The notes below the pieces were generated by a model. It saw only the letters and a list, made by a program, of their open reading frames with translations. It did no database searches and was not told where the DNA came from. Source: an uncultured Dehalococcoidia bacterium (lineage in GTDB: Bacteria; Chloroflexota; Dehalococcoidia; DSTF01; JACRBR01). Taken from it: a DNA stretch of 64,000 bases. Both the position numbers and the translations under genes were made by a program. The stretch covers positions 6,984 through 70,983 of the forward strand of contig CAYWOO010000192.1 of assembly GCA_964458665.1 (NCBI GenBank), read 5' to 3'. Within the stretch, counting starts at the first letter, position 1; each line of letters starts with the position of its first letter. Below are positions 21,071 to 31,586 of this stretch, piece by piece.

Positions 21071-22000
21071 ATGCCCCCGAAGAAGCGTCCCGCCTCACAC
21101 GATGTTTCCCGCCTCAAGATCCTCGCTGCCGGCGGCGAGCAACCTTACGCCGAGTGCCTGGCGGAGCTGCTGGCGGCGGGCGATCGGCTGGCGCGCGAGG
21201 CGGCGCTGGCAGCGTTGCTGGAGCGGCCGCTGCCGAAACTCCGGGACCAATTGCGATCCGTGTACTTCGACGTCGATCTCGAAGGCGAGAAGCGCGATCC
21301 GGGCGCGCACGTACGCACCGGCATCGCGCGGCTCCTGTTCGCGGGCGAGGACCCGCGCGACATCGACATCGCGCTTCGCGCGGCCGATACGCGCGAGAAG
21401 TCCATGGGCGTCGACTGCACCGCCAATCTCCGCGCGCTCGGTCTACGGATCATCTGCGCTGCGGATCCGGCGCTGTTCCCGTACGTCGCAGTGGAGCACA
21501 TCAACGATTCGAGCGTGTTCTCGCCCGAGCCAGCGAATACAGCGCTGCAGCTGCTCGCGGCGACGGGTCACGAGGTCAACGTGTACCAGTGGATCGTGTC
21601 CGGCGTACACGAGCCGGCGTTAATCGAGTCCGCAATCGACCTGTTGCACGACGCGCCTGCCGCGGTCATGTCGCGCTGCCTGGCGCAGCTCACAAAGGAC
21701 GCCATCGAGACGAAGGATGAGCCGCTCCTGACGAAGCTCGCCGAGACGATCGTCGAGCGAGAGTTCAACGACGCCTACGCATCGCTTTCTTCCATCATAG
21801 AGTCGGCGATCAGCAAGGAGCTGTACAGCTATCTCGCATTGCTCTTCGCCGGCACGAACCGTCCGGCGTTGCTGTCGATTCTCGCCGAGCAGATGGAGCG
21901 AGACATCCGTCGCCGGCCAGCGATCCTGGATGCGCTGCGCGTACGCACGACGGCGGAGCAGGCGGCGATCCTCAAGCGCTGGGAAGAACCCGATGACTGA
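21071..22000 (+). CDS. Helical-repeat (HEAT-like) hypothetical protein
   Basis: Trimmed to the ATG at 21071, 1 nt after the vapC stop. Leu/Ala-rich repeated helices. No catalytic motif was recognised. Confidence 0.5.
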   Translation: MPPKKRPASHDVSRLKILAAGGEQPYAECLAELLAAGDRLAREAALAALLERPLPKLRDQLRSVYFDVDLEGEKRDPGAHVRTGIARLLFAGEDPRDIDIALRAADTREKSMGVDCTANLRALGLRIICAADPALFPYVAVEHINDSSVFSPEPANTALQLLAATGHEVNVYQWIVSGVHEPALIESAIDLLHDAPAAVMSRCLAQLTKDAIETKDEPLLTKLAETIVEREFNDAYASLSSIIESAISKELYSYLALLFAGTNRPALLSILAEQMERDIRRRPAILDALRVRTTAEQAAILKRWEEPDD

Positions 22001-22027
22001 CAACCGCGGCTTCGCGTGGACGAGCGC

Positions 22028-22117
22028 TGTCATAGTGAGCAAGGCGAAGCATCTTGCTCGAAAACAAACCGAGTGCCAGCCCAAGCTAGGTCCTTCGCTT
22101 CGCTCTGGATGACAACG
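22028..22117. repeat. Inverted pair of family G elements (GTCATCCTGAGCGCGAAGCGAAGGATC type)
   Basis: gtcatagtgagcaaggcgaagcatc ... gtccttcgcttcgctctggatgac. A related copy lies at 9377..9404. Confidence 0.7.
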
Positions 22118-22210
22118 GCGCCCATATCCGGTGTCTGAACCGGCACCAAGTACCCCTCGCCATCACCACGCGGTCTCGCGCCTCGATCCCCGCTTCCTTA
22201 CACTGCCTTC

Positions 22211-23731
22211 ATGCCGAAGTACATCCTCGCGCTGGATCAGGGCACCAGCAGCTCGCGCGCTATCCTCTTCGATCACGACGGCATGCCGGTCGCGCAGGCA
22301 GCGTTCGAGTTCCCGCAGATCTACCCGCAGCCCGGCTGGGTCTCCCACGATCCGGAGGCGATCTGGTCTTCGCAGGTCGACGCGGCGCGCAAGGTGCTCG
22401 CCGACACAAACACGCCAGCGGACGAGATCGCTGCGATCGGCATGACGAATCAGCGCGAGACGACGGTCGTTTGGGAGCGCGCCACGGGACAAGCGATCAA
22501 CGACGCGGTCGTCTGGCAGTGCCGCCGCACCGCCGCCATCTGCGAGGATCTACGCGCGCGCGGCCTCGACGCGGAGGTGCGGTCGCGGACAGGGCTCCTG
22601 ATCGATGCCTACTTCTCCGGCACGAAGGTGCGCTGGCTGCTCGACCATAGCGGCGACGGCATGCAGTCGCGCGCGGAATCGGGCGAGCTGGCGTTCGGCA
22701 CCGTCGATTCGTGGCTCGTGCACAAGCTGACGCACGGCCGGGAGCACATCGTCGATGCGACGAACGCGTCGCGCACGATGCTGTACAACCTGCGCGATGG
22801 CGACTGGGACAACTTCATGCTCAACGAGCTGAACATCCCGGCGGCGATGATGCCGTCGGTCGTCGACAGCAGCGGCGTGATCGCCGAAACGGACGCGTCG
22901 ATCTTCGGGCGCGCGATCCCGATCGCGGGCATCGCCGGCGACCAGCAGGCGGCGCTTTTCGGGCAGGGCTGCTTCGAAGCCGGCAGCGCGAAGAACACGT
23001 ACGGCACCGGCTGCTTCATCCTCCAACACACCGGCGACCGCCCCGTCTTCTCGCAGCACGGCCTGCTCACGACCGTCGCATCCCGCATCGGCGGCAAGCA
23101 GCGGTTCGCGGTCGAAGGCAGCGTCTTCATCGCCGGCGCGGCGGTGCAGTGGCTGCGCGACGGCCTCGGCATCATCAAGACCGCCGCGGACAGCGAAGCG
23201 CTCGCGGCGTCCGTGCCGTCGAGCGACGGCGTGTACGTCGTGCCGGCATTCGCCGGTCTGGGCGCGCCGCACTGGGACATGTACGCGCGCGGCACGATCG
23301 TTGGCATCACGCGAGGCACGACCGCCGCGCACATCACGCGCGCGACGCTGGAGTCGATCGCGCTGCAGACGCTCGACGTCGTCGAGCTGATGGAGCGCGA
23401 GACGGGCGTGCGCATGCACGAGCTGCGCGTCGATGGCGGCGCTGTGGCGAACGACCTGCTGATGCAGATCCAGGCCGACGTGCTGCAGCGTCCCGTCGTC
23501 CGATCAGCCACCGCCGAAACGACGGCGCTGGGCGCGGCGTACTTGGCTGGCCTCGCGGTCGGTTTTTGGCGCGACGAAGCGGAGATCGGCCAGATTTGGC
23601 GCAACGGCGGCACATTCGAACCGCGCATGCCGGCATCCGAACGCGACGCGCTCGTCGCCGGTTGGCGGCGTGCCGTCGAGCGCGCGAAGGGGTGGGCGGC
23701 GGTCGATGCACCCACGAGCGGCGGCCTGTGA
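22211..23731 (+). CDS. glpK: Glycerol kinase
   Basis: [21 protein letters not shown]...[12 protein letters not shown]...YGTGCF. Confidence 0.95.
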   Translation: MPKYILALDQGTSSSRAILFDHDGMPVAQAAFEFPQIYPQPGWVSHDPEAIWSSQVDAARKVLADTNTPADEIAAIGMTNQRETTVVWERATGQAINDAVVWQCRRTAAICEDLRARGLDAEVRSRTGLLIDAYFSGTKVRWLLDHSGDGMQSRAESGELAFGTVDSWLVHKLTHGREHIVDATNASRTMLYNLRDGDWDNFMLNELNIPAAMMPSVVDSSGVIAETDASIFGRAIPIAGIAGDQQAALFGQGCFEAGSAKNTYGTGCFILQHTGDRPVFSQHGLLTTVASRIGGKQRFAVEGSVFIAGAAVQWLRDGLGIIKTAADSEALAASVPSSDGVYVVPAFAGLGAPHWDMYARGTIVGITRGTTAAHITRATLESIALQTLDVVELMERETGVRMHELRVDGGAVANDLLMQIQADVLQRPVVRSATAETTALGAAYLAGLAVGFWRDEAEIGQIWRNGGTFEPRMPASERDALVAGWRRAVERAKGWAAVDAPTSGGL

Positions 23732-25344
23732 GGCCATCGCTCGCAGACATCGCGAAGCAGAAGTTCGACGTCATCGTTGTCGGCGGCGGTATCAACGGCA
23801 GCGGCGTGGCGCGCGAGGCGGCGCTCCACGGCTACCGGACGCTGCTCGTCGAACGTCACGACTTCGGCGCAGGAACCACGTCCCGCGCGACGCGGCTGAT
23901 CCACGGCGGACTACGCTATCTCGAGCACGGCGAGTTCGGCCTGGTGTACGAATCGCTGGCCGAACGCGAGGCGCTCGTGCGCGACGAGCCCCATCTCGTG
24001 CGACCGCTGAGGATGCTCGTACCGGTGTATCGCGGCGACGCGCGGCCGGGCTGGAAGGTGCGCATCGGCCTCATCCTCTACGACCTCTTTTCCTTCCGGA
24101 AGTCGCTGCCGCGCCACCGCGCCATGCCGCCGCGCGCGCTCGACGCGTACGAGCCGGGCTTGAGCCGCGACGGGTTGATGGCGGCGTTCACAATGTACGA
24201 CGCGCAGGTCGAGTTCCCGGAGCGTCTCGTCGCTGAATCTGTGCGCGACTTCGACGACGCGGGCGGCGTCGCGCTGAACCACGTTGCAGCGGTGCGATTA
24301 TCGTCGCCGGGCGGCGTGCTGCGCGGCCTGGTACTGCGCGATGAGCAATCAGAGCACGTCGTAGAGGTGGAAGCGAAGGTCGTCATCAACGCCGCGGGGC
24401 CGTGGGTCGACCAGCTGCTCGCCGGCAGCGACGGGGAGCGCCACGAGCCGCTCGTCGGCGGCACGAAGGGCAGCCATCTCGTCGTCGACTGGCCCGGCGG
24501 ACCGCAGCACGCGGTCTTCGCTTCGGCGAAGACAGACGGGCGGCCGTTCTTCATCCTGCCGTGGTACGGCCATACGCTCGTCGGCACGACGGACCTGCGC
24601 TGGGACGGCGATCCGTCGAATGCGCAGTGCACCACCGACGAGCTGCGCTATCTGCTCGACGAAGCGACGCGACTCTTCCCGGCGACGCCGCTGCTGCGCG
24701 AGCACGTGCTCTACACGTACTGCGGCGTGCGCCCGCTACCCTGGATGCCGGCCGGCACGGACGAGAGCAAGATCCCACGCAGCCACTACATCATCGACCA
24801 CGCGAAGCGCGGCGGCCCGAACGGCCTGCTCTCCCTCGTCGGCGGCAAGCTCACCACGTACCGCGCGCTCGCCCGCATGGCCATCCCGGCGATCAAGAAG
24901 CATGCTGCGCCCAGCGAGCGGGAAGCGGGAAGCGGGAAGCGGGAAGCGGGATCGAATTTCGGTACGGAAAGGTCTTCAGACCTGTCCCCGACAAGCAGCG
25001 ACGATCCCCTCGCCCTCTACGGCCGCCGCGCCGCCGAGGTACGCGCCCTCATCGCGTCCGACGCATCGCTCGGCGAGCGCATCTGCGAGCACAACGCCGA
25101 CGTGCTGGCGCAGGTCGCGTACGCCGTCGAGCGCGAGCACGCTACCACGCTGGCCGACGCGCTCCTGCGACGCCTGCCGGTCGGATGGAGCGCCTGCCAC
25201 GCCCTCGACGGTGCGGAGCGGGCGGCCGCCGTCATGGCGACGCGGCTCGGCTGGAGCGACGACCAGCGCACGCGCGAGATCGCCGCGTACGGGCGCGAGT
25301 TGCGCGAGACGCTGGTGCCGGTGGATGCACTCGCCGCGGGATGA
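23728..25344 (+). CDS. glpD: FAD-dependent glycerol-3-phosphate dehydrogenase/oxidase
   Basis: GTG at 23728 overlaps the glpK stop (GTGA). [23 protein letters not shown]...GGKLTTYR. Only the last 539 codons of track ORF 22711..25344 are credible. Confidence 0.9.
   Translation: MRPSLADIAKQKFDVIVVGGGINGSGVAREAALHGYRTLLVERHDFGAGTTSRATRLIHGGLRYLEHGEFGLVYESLAEREALVRDEPHLVRPLRMLVPVYRGDARPGWKVRIGLILYDLFSFRKSLPRHRAMPPRALDAYEPGLSRDGLMAAFTMYDAQVEFPERLVAESVRDFDDAGGVALNHVAAVRLSSPGGVLRGLVLRDEQSEHVVEVEAKVVINAAGPWVDQLLAGSDGERHEPLVGGTKGSHLVVDWPGGPQHAVFASAKTDGRPFFILPWYGHTLVGTTDLRWDGDPSNAQCTTDELRYLLDEATRLFPATPLLREHVLYTYCGVRPLPWMPAGTDESKIPRSHYIIDHAKRGGPNGLLSLVGGKLTTYRALARMAIPAIKKHAAPSEREAGSGKREAGSNFGTERSSDLSPTSSDDPLALYGRRAAEVRALIASDASLGERICEHNADVLAQVAYAVEREHATTLADALLRRLPVGWSACHALDGAERAAAVMATRLGWSDDQRTREIAAYGRELRETLVPVDALAAG
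24917..24992 (+). repeat. 5 x 7-bp tandem repeat (AGCGGGA) plus a family F hairpin element, in frame inside glpD
   Basis: agcggga x5 at 24917..24951. Then ggtacggaaaggtcttcagacctgtccccgac at 24961..24992, which is the reverse complement type of the element at 31545..31575. Confidence 0.85.
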
Positions 25345-25370
25345 GTCCGCATGCAGGGTATGCTGGCCGC

Positions 25371-26063
25371 ATGAACTACCGATGGTTCTACCCGCTCTTC
25401 GTCGCAGGCCTTGTAACGGCAGGCGCCATCGGTGGCGTGCTTGGCAACGGTCACCCGGTCGCAACCCATAGCCACATGCTCGCCTTCGCTGTCAATACCA
25501 ACAACACCATCTGCGCCGCCGACAAGGCGGTGGGCTGTACGGGGCTGTACGTTCTCAACGGGGATAGCGTTCAACAGGATCGACAGGGTCTTGGACCTCT
25601 TCCGCCGGCTGCAAGGCTGCTCGTCGCCGGGACCGACATCGTCGGACTTTCCTGGTCACCAGACGCCACCGAGATCGCGTATCTCGTCGGCCGGCGCGCG
25701 CCGACGGGTAACGACTACTTCATCCAGGCGATCGACCTTTGGCGGGCGCGCGCCACGGACGGACGGACGGACCTCGTGACCCGGAACGTTGCATCAGCGA
25801 CAGACGAGCGCGACTACCGTCTCGGCGAAGCCATCCACTGGATCGGCGATCGGCCAATCATGACTGCCGGCGACACATGGATCCCGGCCACCGCGGAGTC
25901 CCGACAGTTTCTTTCGCCGGATCGGAAGTTGATGGCGATGCGGCAGTGGGGCATCGATTCAAGCTGGATCTGTGTGAGGCCGCCACAAGCGGTGCAGGAC
26001 GCCCGCGACACAGGGTGCTTCGGCGACGGGTTCTTCTCCGAACCCGTGTGGGCGCCATTCTGA
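25371..26063 (+). CDS. Membrane-anchored PD40/TolB-like repeat protein
   Basis: Trimmed to the ATG at 25371. N-terminal TM helix. LSWSPDATEIAYL is a PD40-like motif. Confidence 0.55.
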   Translation: MNYRWFYPLFVAGLVTAGAIGGVLGNGHPVATHSHMLAFAVNTNNTICAADKAVGCTGLYVLNGDSVQQDRQGLGPLPPAARLLVAGTDIVGLSWSPDATEIAYLVGRRAPTGNDYFIQAIDLWRARATDGRTDLVTRNVASATDERDYRLGEAIHWIGDRPIMTAGDTWIPATAESRQFLSPDRKLMAMRQWGIDSSWICVRPPQAVQDARDTGCFGDGFFSEPVWAPF

Positions 26064-26306
26064 CCCGATTGACTCCCGCGCCATCCCCGCGATAGCATTC
26101 GGACAGTTGCGATGATGATGAACGTGATACGACTGCGACGCTAGCGTCCGCCCTTGCGGCGGACCACCCGGCCGCGACACCGGCCGGGCTCACCTCCTGT
26201 CACCAGGACTGATCGTGCCTGCTGACGGCGTCGATGCCGCCTGCCCTTTGTGATCCCGAACACCACAACCGTGCGACATCGCGCCTCCACAGGCCGGAGG
26301 TACATC

Positions 26307-27152
26307 ATGCGTCGCATCCCCAGGGCCGTAGGCAACCCAAGGCTCGCACATCGCCGACCCGAGTTGTCACAGCACTTCCTCCGCAACGGCGACGTCGCGC
26401 GCGCCCTCGTCCGCCGCATGGCGTTCTCGTCCGGCGATCTCGTCGTCGATGCGGGCGCCGGCTTCGGGGCGCTGACGCAGGCGCTCGGCGATGGCGGCTG
26501 CCACGTCATCGCCGTCGAGAAGGACGAGCGGCTGTACCGGCTGCTCGCGCGCCGATTCGACGGGCATCCCGATGTCATCTGCCGCCACGCCGACATCCTC
26601 GCGTTCGCGCTCCCCGTCACACCGTATCACGTCGTCTCGAACGTGCCGTACGCCATCACGTCGGCGCTGATGCGTGCGCTGCTCCACGCCGCGCGCCCGC
26701 CCGACAGCGCGGCACTGATCGTCCAGCGCGAGGCCGCCGAGAAGTTCGCCGGCACTCCTCGCGAGACGCAGTTCTCGCTGCTGTGGAAGCCGTACTACGA
26801 GATCACCATCGCCTGCGCCGTGCCGCGCCGCGACTTCATCCCGCCGCCGCGCGTCGAAAGCGCGCTCTTGCTCCTACGCCGCCGCGATCCGCCGCTCCTC
26901 GCGGAGAAGAGCGCGCACGCATATCAATCGTTCATCACGAAAGCGCTCGCGCACGGCGCAGCCGTCGTCTCGCCCGGACTGCGCCCCTTCGTCACCGCGC
27001 GGCAGCTGAAGCGATTGGCGCGCGATCTCGGATTCGACGCACGGGGCGCAACATCGCAACTCACGTTCGACCAATGGCTCGGCGTCTTCCGCTTCGTAGA
27101 GCACGAGTGCCTCGGCCACGATCCCACGTTGGTAACCGGCGTCGCGGCGTGA
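26307..27152 (+). CDS. rRNA adenine N6-methyltransferase family protein (Erm/KsgA-like)
   Basis: ATG at 26307 after GGAGG. ELSQHFL, VVDAGAGFGALT, VVSNVPYAITSAL, and a C-terminal LTFDQWLGVFRF resembling Erm C-termini. Confidence 0.75.
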   Translation: MRRIPRAVGNPRLAHRRPELSQHFLRNGDVARALVRRMAFSSGDLVVDAGAGFGALTQALGDGGCHVIAVEKDERLYRLLARRFDGHPDVICRHADILAFALPVTPYHVVSNVPYAITSALMRALLHAARPPDSAALIVQREAAEKFAGTPRETQFSLLWKPYYEITIACAVPRRDFIPPPRVESALLLLRRRDPPLLAEKSAHAYQSFITKALAHGAAVVSPGLRPFVTARQLKRLARDLGFDARGATSQLTFDQWLGVFRFVEHECLGHDPTLVTGVAA

Positions 27153-27247
27153 ACATGTCACTGAGTCGAGAAACCTGGCGATTTCTATGAGTTACGCGTC
27201 GAACGATAGACGACATCGAATCGCAGTTTTGTGTTTTCACCAGCTGA

Positions 27248-27835
27248 TCACGTGATGTCGATTCTGGCCAGGGGCGTTGCGTTGCCTCGCCGACGATCCT
27301 GGAGGGCTTCGAGCTCGTGGAGGGCGTGCTTGAGCAGACGGCTCAGGTGCGCCTCGTATCTCATAATCTTTTCGAGCGCGGCGTCGTCCGGCAGCAAGAC
27401 GGGGAGTGTGCGTTCGAAGCGGCTCGTCGCGTTGCCGATGGCAAGGGCACGAGCGTAGAACAGCGGTCTTTGCGTCTCGTCCTGACCATCGACTTCCTCG
27501 TTGACCGGCGGCGGAACCGATCGCGCATATTCCGCGCGCTTGCGGTTGTCCTCGTCGACAAGGAGGGAGCGGTGCATTTGGTCTACTGTTACGGATTGCC
27601 CTTCGGCGCGGACTACGCGCCGAAGGCGCCAGAGGAGTTCGGCCACGCGTGACGCGAGTGCGAGTTCTACGGCGCCTTCGGTATCGAAGCGCGTACGCAC
27701 TTCCTCATGAAATGTCTCCCACTCGTCTGCGCTTTCTGAAGGCAGAACGATCGCGACGGCCGCGAGACCGTGGGTCAGGCGGTTGAAGGCGCTGGCTTCC
27801 TTGCCGGATTCGGATCGCGGGCCGCGGTTGTTCAT
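27248..27835 (-). CDS. Hypothetical protein (N-terminal GPRSxxGKxxSxxNxLTHGL-type motif)
   Basis: Trimmed to the ATG at 27835, preceded by AAGGTGA. Helical. From memory it resembles a widespread uncharacterised family with a KHGL motif followed by ...ALWRLRR. Confidence 0.6.
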   Translation of the reverse strand: MNNRGPRSESGKEASAFNRLTHGLAAVAIVLPSESADEWETFHEEVRTRFDTEGAVELALASRVAELLWRLRRVVRAEGQSVTVDQMHRSLLVDEDNRKRAEYARSVPPPVNEEVDGQDETQRPLFYARALAIGNATSRFERTLPVLLPDDAALEKIMRYEAHLSRLLKHALHELEALQDRRRGNATPLARIDIT

Positions 27836-27916
27836 CGTGCTCACCTTTCGCCTAACGTCCGGGGGCAGCAAGTATGTGCTGTCGCGCCGGCAATCACGAA
27901 GGGGGCGGCGTCACGG

Positions 27917-27963
27917 CCTCACCCCGGCCGTTGGCCACCCCTCTCCACAGCGTGGAGAGGGAG
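27917..27963. repeat. Family A REP-like element
   Basis: CCTCACCCCGGCCGTTGGCCACCCCTCTCCACAGCGTGGAGAGGGAG. Confidence 0.85.
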
Positions 27964-28035
27964 CGTCTCGGACGTTTGGCGTGGGAACGCGATTGATGTT
28001 GGGCGATCAACGCTGCCTTGTGTGCAACATGGAGA

Positions 28036-28121
28036 CCGCGCGGGCTGAAAAGCCCGCGCTACAGTCATGAGCCGCTACAGTCATGAGCCGCTACCGTCGT
28101 GAGCCGCTACAGTCGTGAGTG
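28036..28121. repeat. Family D hairpin followed by a 4 x 16-bp tandem repeat
   Basis: ccgcgcgggctgaaaagcccgcgc, then gctacagtcatgagcc x4 (28058..28121; the last two copies are diverged). Confidence 0.85.
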
Positions 28122-28134
28122 CGAAACGAGCTGG

Positions 28135-29019
28135 TCAGAGGAGGTATTTCTTCGGCGCCGCAGACGGTTGGCGGCGGAAGTTGTGGATGAGCCAACGCTT
28201 GAGGCCGTTCGCGTCCTCGACCTCTTCGATGCGGGCGCGGCTCTTGTTGTCGAGCGCGTCCTGCACGCGGCGTGCATACGTGGCGACGGCGGCGTGCGTC
28301 TCGTCCGCGATGTTCAGCACGTCGCGCATATGCGCCGCGACGGCAAGCTGGCGCTCGCAGAGTCGCAGCAGCCAGCCCAGCTCGACCTCGGCCCAGCCGA
28401 CGTGGAATGACGCATCGGCGAACGTGTACGCAAGGCGCGTGTTATTCGACTCTGGACCGATCTCAAGCAGCGTCGCGCCGAAGTTCGGCCGGCCAAGATC
28501 GCTTGCGGCACGGTAAACGACACGCAACTGCTGGTCGGCAGCGAGCGTCGAGCCTGCGAAATAGTGGCCGAGGCCGACATCGAACGCCTTGTGCTCCTCG
28601 TCCGGCTTGAGGTGGCCGAGCATCCAGCCGGCGAACTCCGGCATCTCTTCGTGATGCAGCTGGTACTCGGCCGCGATCAGCTCGCACGCGCTGCGCACGA
28701 GGTTCGGCGCCGACGCATACGAGCCGCGCGTCACAAGCAAGCATGCGTCCGCCATCGACGAGTACGCGCGCGACCACGCGCCGACGACGGCAGCGTACGT
28801 GTGCGTCCGATAGCGCGAGTGCGACGAATCGTTGAGGATGCGGAGCTGGAGGTTCATCCCCTCAGCGAACAGTCGCAGATCCGCGCCCAGCACGAACTGC
28901 GACTGACGATACGCATCGTGCGCCGTCGTCGACGCCGCATCGTCGGGCTTGCCGGGTAGGTGATACTCCGCCGGAACGTCGATGCCGCTGACGCGCTGTC
29001 CGGGCGTGGGCGTGCTCAT
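28135..29019 (-). CDS. Hypothetical protein (294 aa, mostly helical)
   Basis: Clean ORF bounded on both sides by repeat elements. Coding-like codon usage. No motif was recognised. Confidence 0.6.
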   Translation of the reverse strand: MSTPTPGQRVSGIDVPAEYHLPGKPDDAASTTAHDAYRQSQFVLGADLRLFAEGMNLQLRILNDSSHSRYRTHTYAAVVGAWSRAYSSMADACLLVTRGSYASAPNLVRSACELIAAEYQLHHEEMPEFAGWMLGHLKPDEEHKAFDVGLGHYFAGSTLAADQQLRVVYRAASDLGRPNFGATLLEIGPESNNTRLAYTFADASFHVGWAEVELGWLLRLCERQLAVAAHMRDVLNIADETHAAVATYARRVQDALDNKSRARIEEVEDANGLKRWLIHNFRRQPSAAPKKYLL

Positions 29020-29020
29020 G

Positions 29021-29316
29021 CCTCACCCCGGCCGCTGGCCACCCCTCTCCACACTGTGGAGAGGGGATCAGATGGAGCGCTGATGCTAATTTCCGGAGCA
29101 TGTCGCCAGGCGAGCACCTCACCCCGGCCGTTGGCCACCCCTCTCCACGACGTGGAGAGGGGAGCGTCTCGATGGGTTGAGCCCAACACACGACCTGGTG
29201 CCTGCCAGCAATCGTTGACGTTCGCGAACGCAAGAGGCTCCGGAGATCGAACCGACGGCTCGGGTTGAGCCCCTCTCCACGCTGTGGAGAGGGGTGGCCG
29301 AAGGCCGGGGTGAGGC
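29021..29316. repeat. Cluster of three family A REP-like elements (two forward, one reverse)
   Basis: Forward copies at 29021..29069 and 29117..29164; reverse copy at 29270..29316. Confidence 0.85.
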
Positions 29317-29326
29317 CCGCGCGCCA

Positions 29327-30043
29327 CTACCGCGACCTGATGGCGCGACGTCGCCGTGGCGCGACGTACGCCGCTTCGGTAGCCGGATACGTGCGGCGGA
29401 GCTTGGGCGCGTAGCCGGTGATCTTTACCGGCACGACGCCCGTCCAGCCCTTCGTCACGAAGATGACGCGCGAGATGCCGGGGAACGTCACCTTGCGCGC
29501 GACGATTTCGATGTCGAACTCGACGCTCTGGCCCGGCTTCACCGTGAGGCGGCCGACGGGGCCCCACACCCACGGCTCGGACGTCGAGACGTCGCCCTTG
29601 AGGACGCAGTCGCAGCGGTTCGTGACGATGATGCGCCGGCGGACGCGCGCCTGCGCCCGCAGCTCCGCCATGCCGACTTCGATCTCGTCCGGAGCGATGA
29701 CGGGCAGCGGGTTGTGGACGTGTACAGCTTTCCGCGTCGTCACGCTCTCCGCGACGATGTCTTCCCAGTCGGGCTGCTCGGCGACGTGCTCGTAGTGGCC
29801 GCGCCGACTGCTCGCGCGAGCGCGCGGATGGTGCAGCGCGTCGTACGCACGCCGCTTCTCCCCATCGCCCAGCGTCTCGAACGCGACGTTCAGGCGCGCT
29901 GCCTTCCGCGTCGCCTGCGGGTCGTTCGCGTTGGCGTCGGGGTGCACCGCGCGCATGAGCTTGCGGTATCGGCGCTTGATCTCAGCGTCGGTAGCATCAG
30001 GCGTCAGTTCGAGGACGGCGTAGTGGTCGGACGTGGAGTTCAC
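29327..30043 (-). CDS. J-domain (DnaJ-like) protein with an uncharacterised C-terminal domain
   Basis: DHYAVLELTPDATDAEIKRRYRKLMRAVHPDAN has the HPD motif. GTG at 30043 was chosen because the longer track ORF (to 30193) reads through two REP elements. The 160-aa C-terminus is unassigned. Confidence 0.7.
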   Translation of the reverse strand: MNSTSDHYAVLELTPDATDAEIKRRYRKLMRAVHPDANANDPQATRKAARLNVAFETLGDGEKRRAYDALHHPRARASSRRGHYEHVAEQPDWEDIVAESVTTRKAVHVHNPLPVIAPDEIEVGMAELRAQARVRRRIIVTNRCDCVLKGDVSTSEPWVWGPVGRLTVKPGQSVEFDIEIVARKVTFPGISRVIFVTKGWTGVVPVKITGYAPKLRRTYPATEAAYVAPRRRRAIRSR

Positions 30044-30075
30044 AGTTTGCAGTTTACAGTTTGCAGTTCGTGGAG

Positions 30076-30217
30076 CCCTCACCCGGCCCTTCGGGCCACC
30101 CTCTCCCTCAGGGGGAGAGGGACGGACTGACGAATGCGCGCGGGGAGATCGTCGCTTGCGACGTGGAGCCCCTCTCCCGGCCCTGCGGGCCACCCTCTCC
30201 CACTGGGGGAGAGGGAC
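30076..30217. repeat. Two family A (subtype CCCTCACCCGGCCCTTCGGGCCACCCTCTCC...GGGGGAGAGGGAC) elements
   Basis: Copies at 30076..30123 and 30169..30217. They lie between the J-domain gene and eno. Confidence 0.85.
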
Positions 30218-30242
30218 GAGCGGCGCGAGAAGCGCATGAGGG

Positions 30243-31575
<1,333 letters not shown>

Positions 31576-31586
31576 TGTGTGGATGC

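Noticed and set aside
22711-25344. An 877-aa ORF suggesting a giant fusion protein overlapping glpK.
   Set aside because: The first 339 codons are an out-of-frame read through glpK, a GC-rich open-frame artefact. Recognisable GlpD sequence begins at the GTG at 23728, which overlaps the glpK stop.
24402-26063. A 553-aa ORF spanning the glpD 3' half and the next gene.
   Set aside because: The Arg/Ala-rich translation upstream of 25371 is an alternative-frame artefact of glpD. Only the last 230 codons, from MNYRWFYPLF with a TM helix, look like a real protein.
26064-26306. I searched for an erm-type leader peptide ORF upstream of the methyltransferase.
   Set aside because: There is no short SD-preceded ORF. 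The only open frames are the in-frame extension from the GTG at 26250 and a 318-aa alternative-frame artefact. Attenuation therefore remains speculative and only the SD hairpin is reported.
29327-30193. N-terminal extensions of track ORFs that read through repeat elements. Examples are 29327..30193, 38241..39623, 39826..42294, 43997..45544 and 58032..58469.
   Set aside because: The extensions translate REP-type hairpins (for example ...PSPPEGEGGPKGRV...). Conserved protein sequence starts at internal start codons with better SD context. I trimmed the coordinates accordingly.
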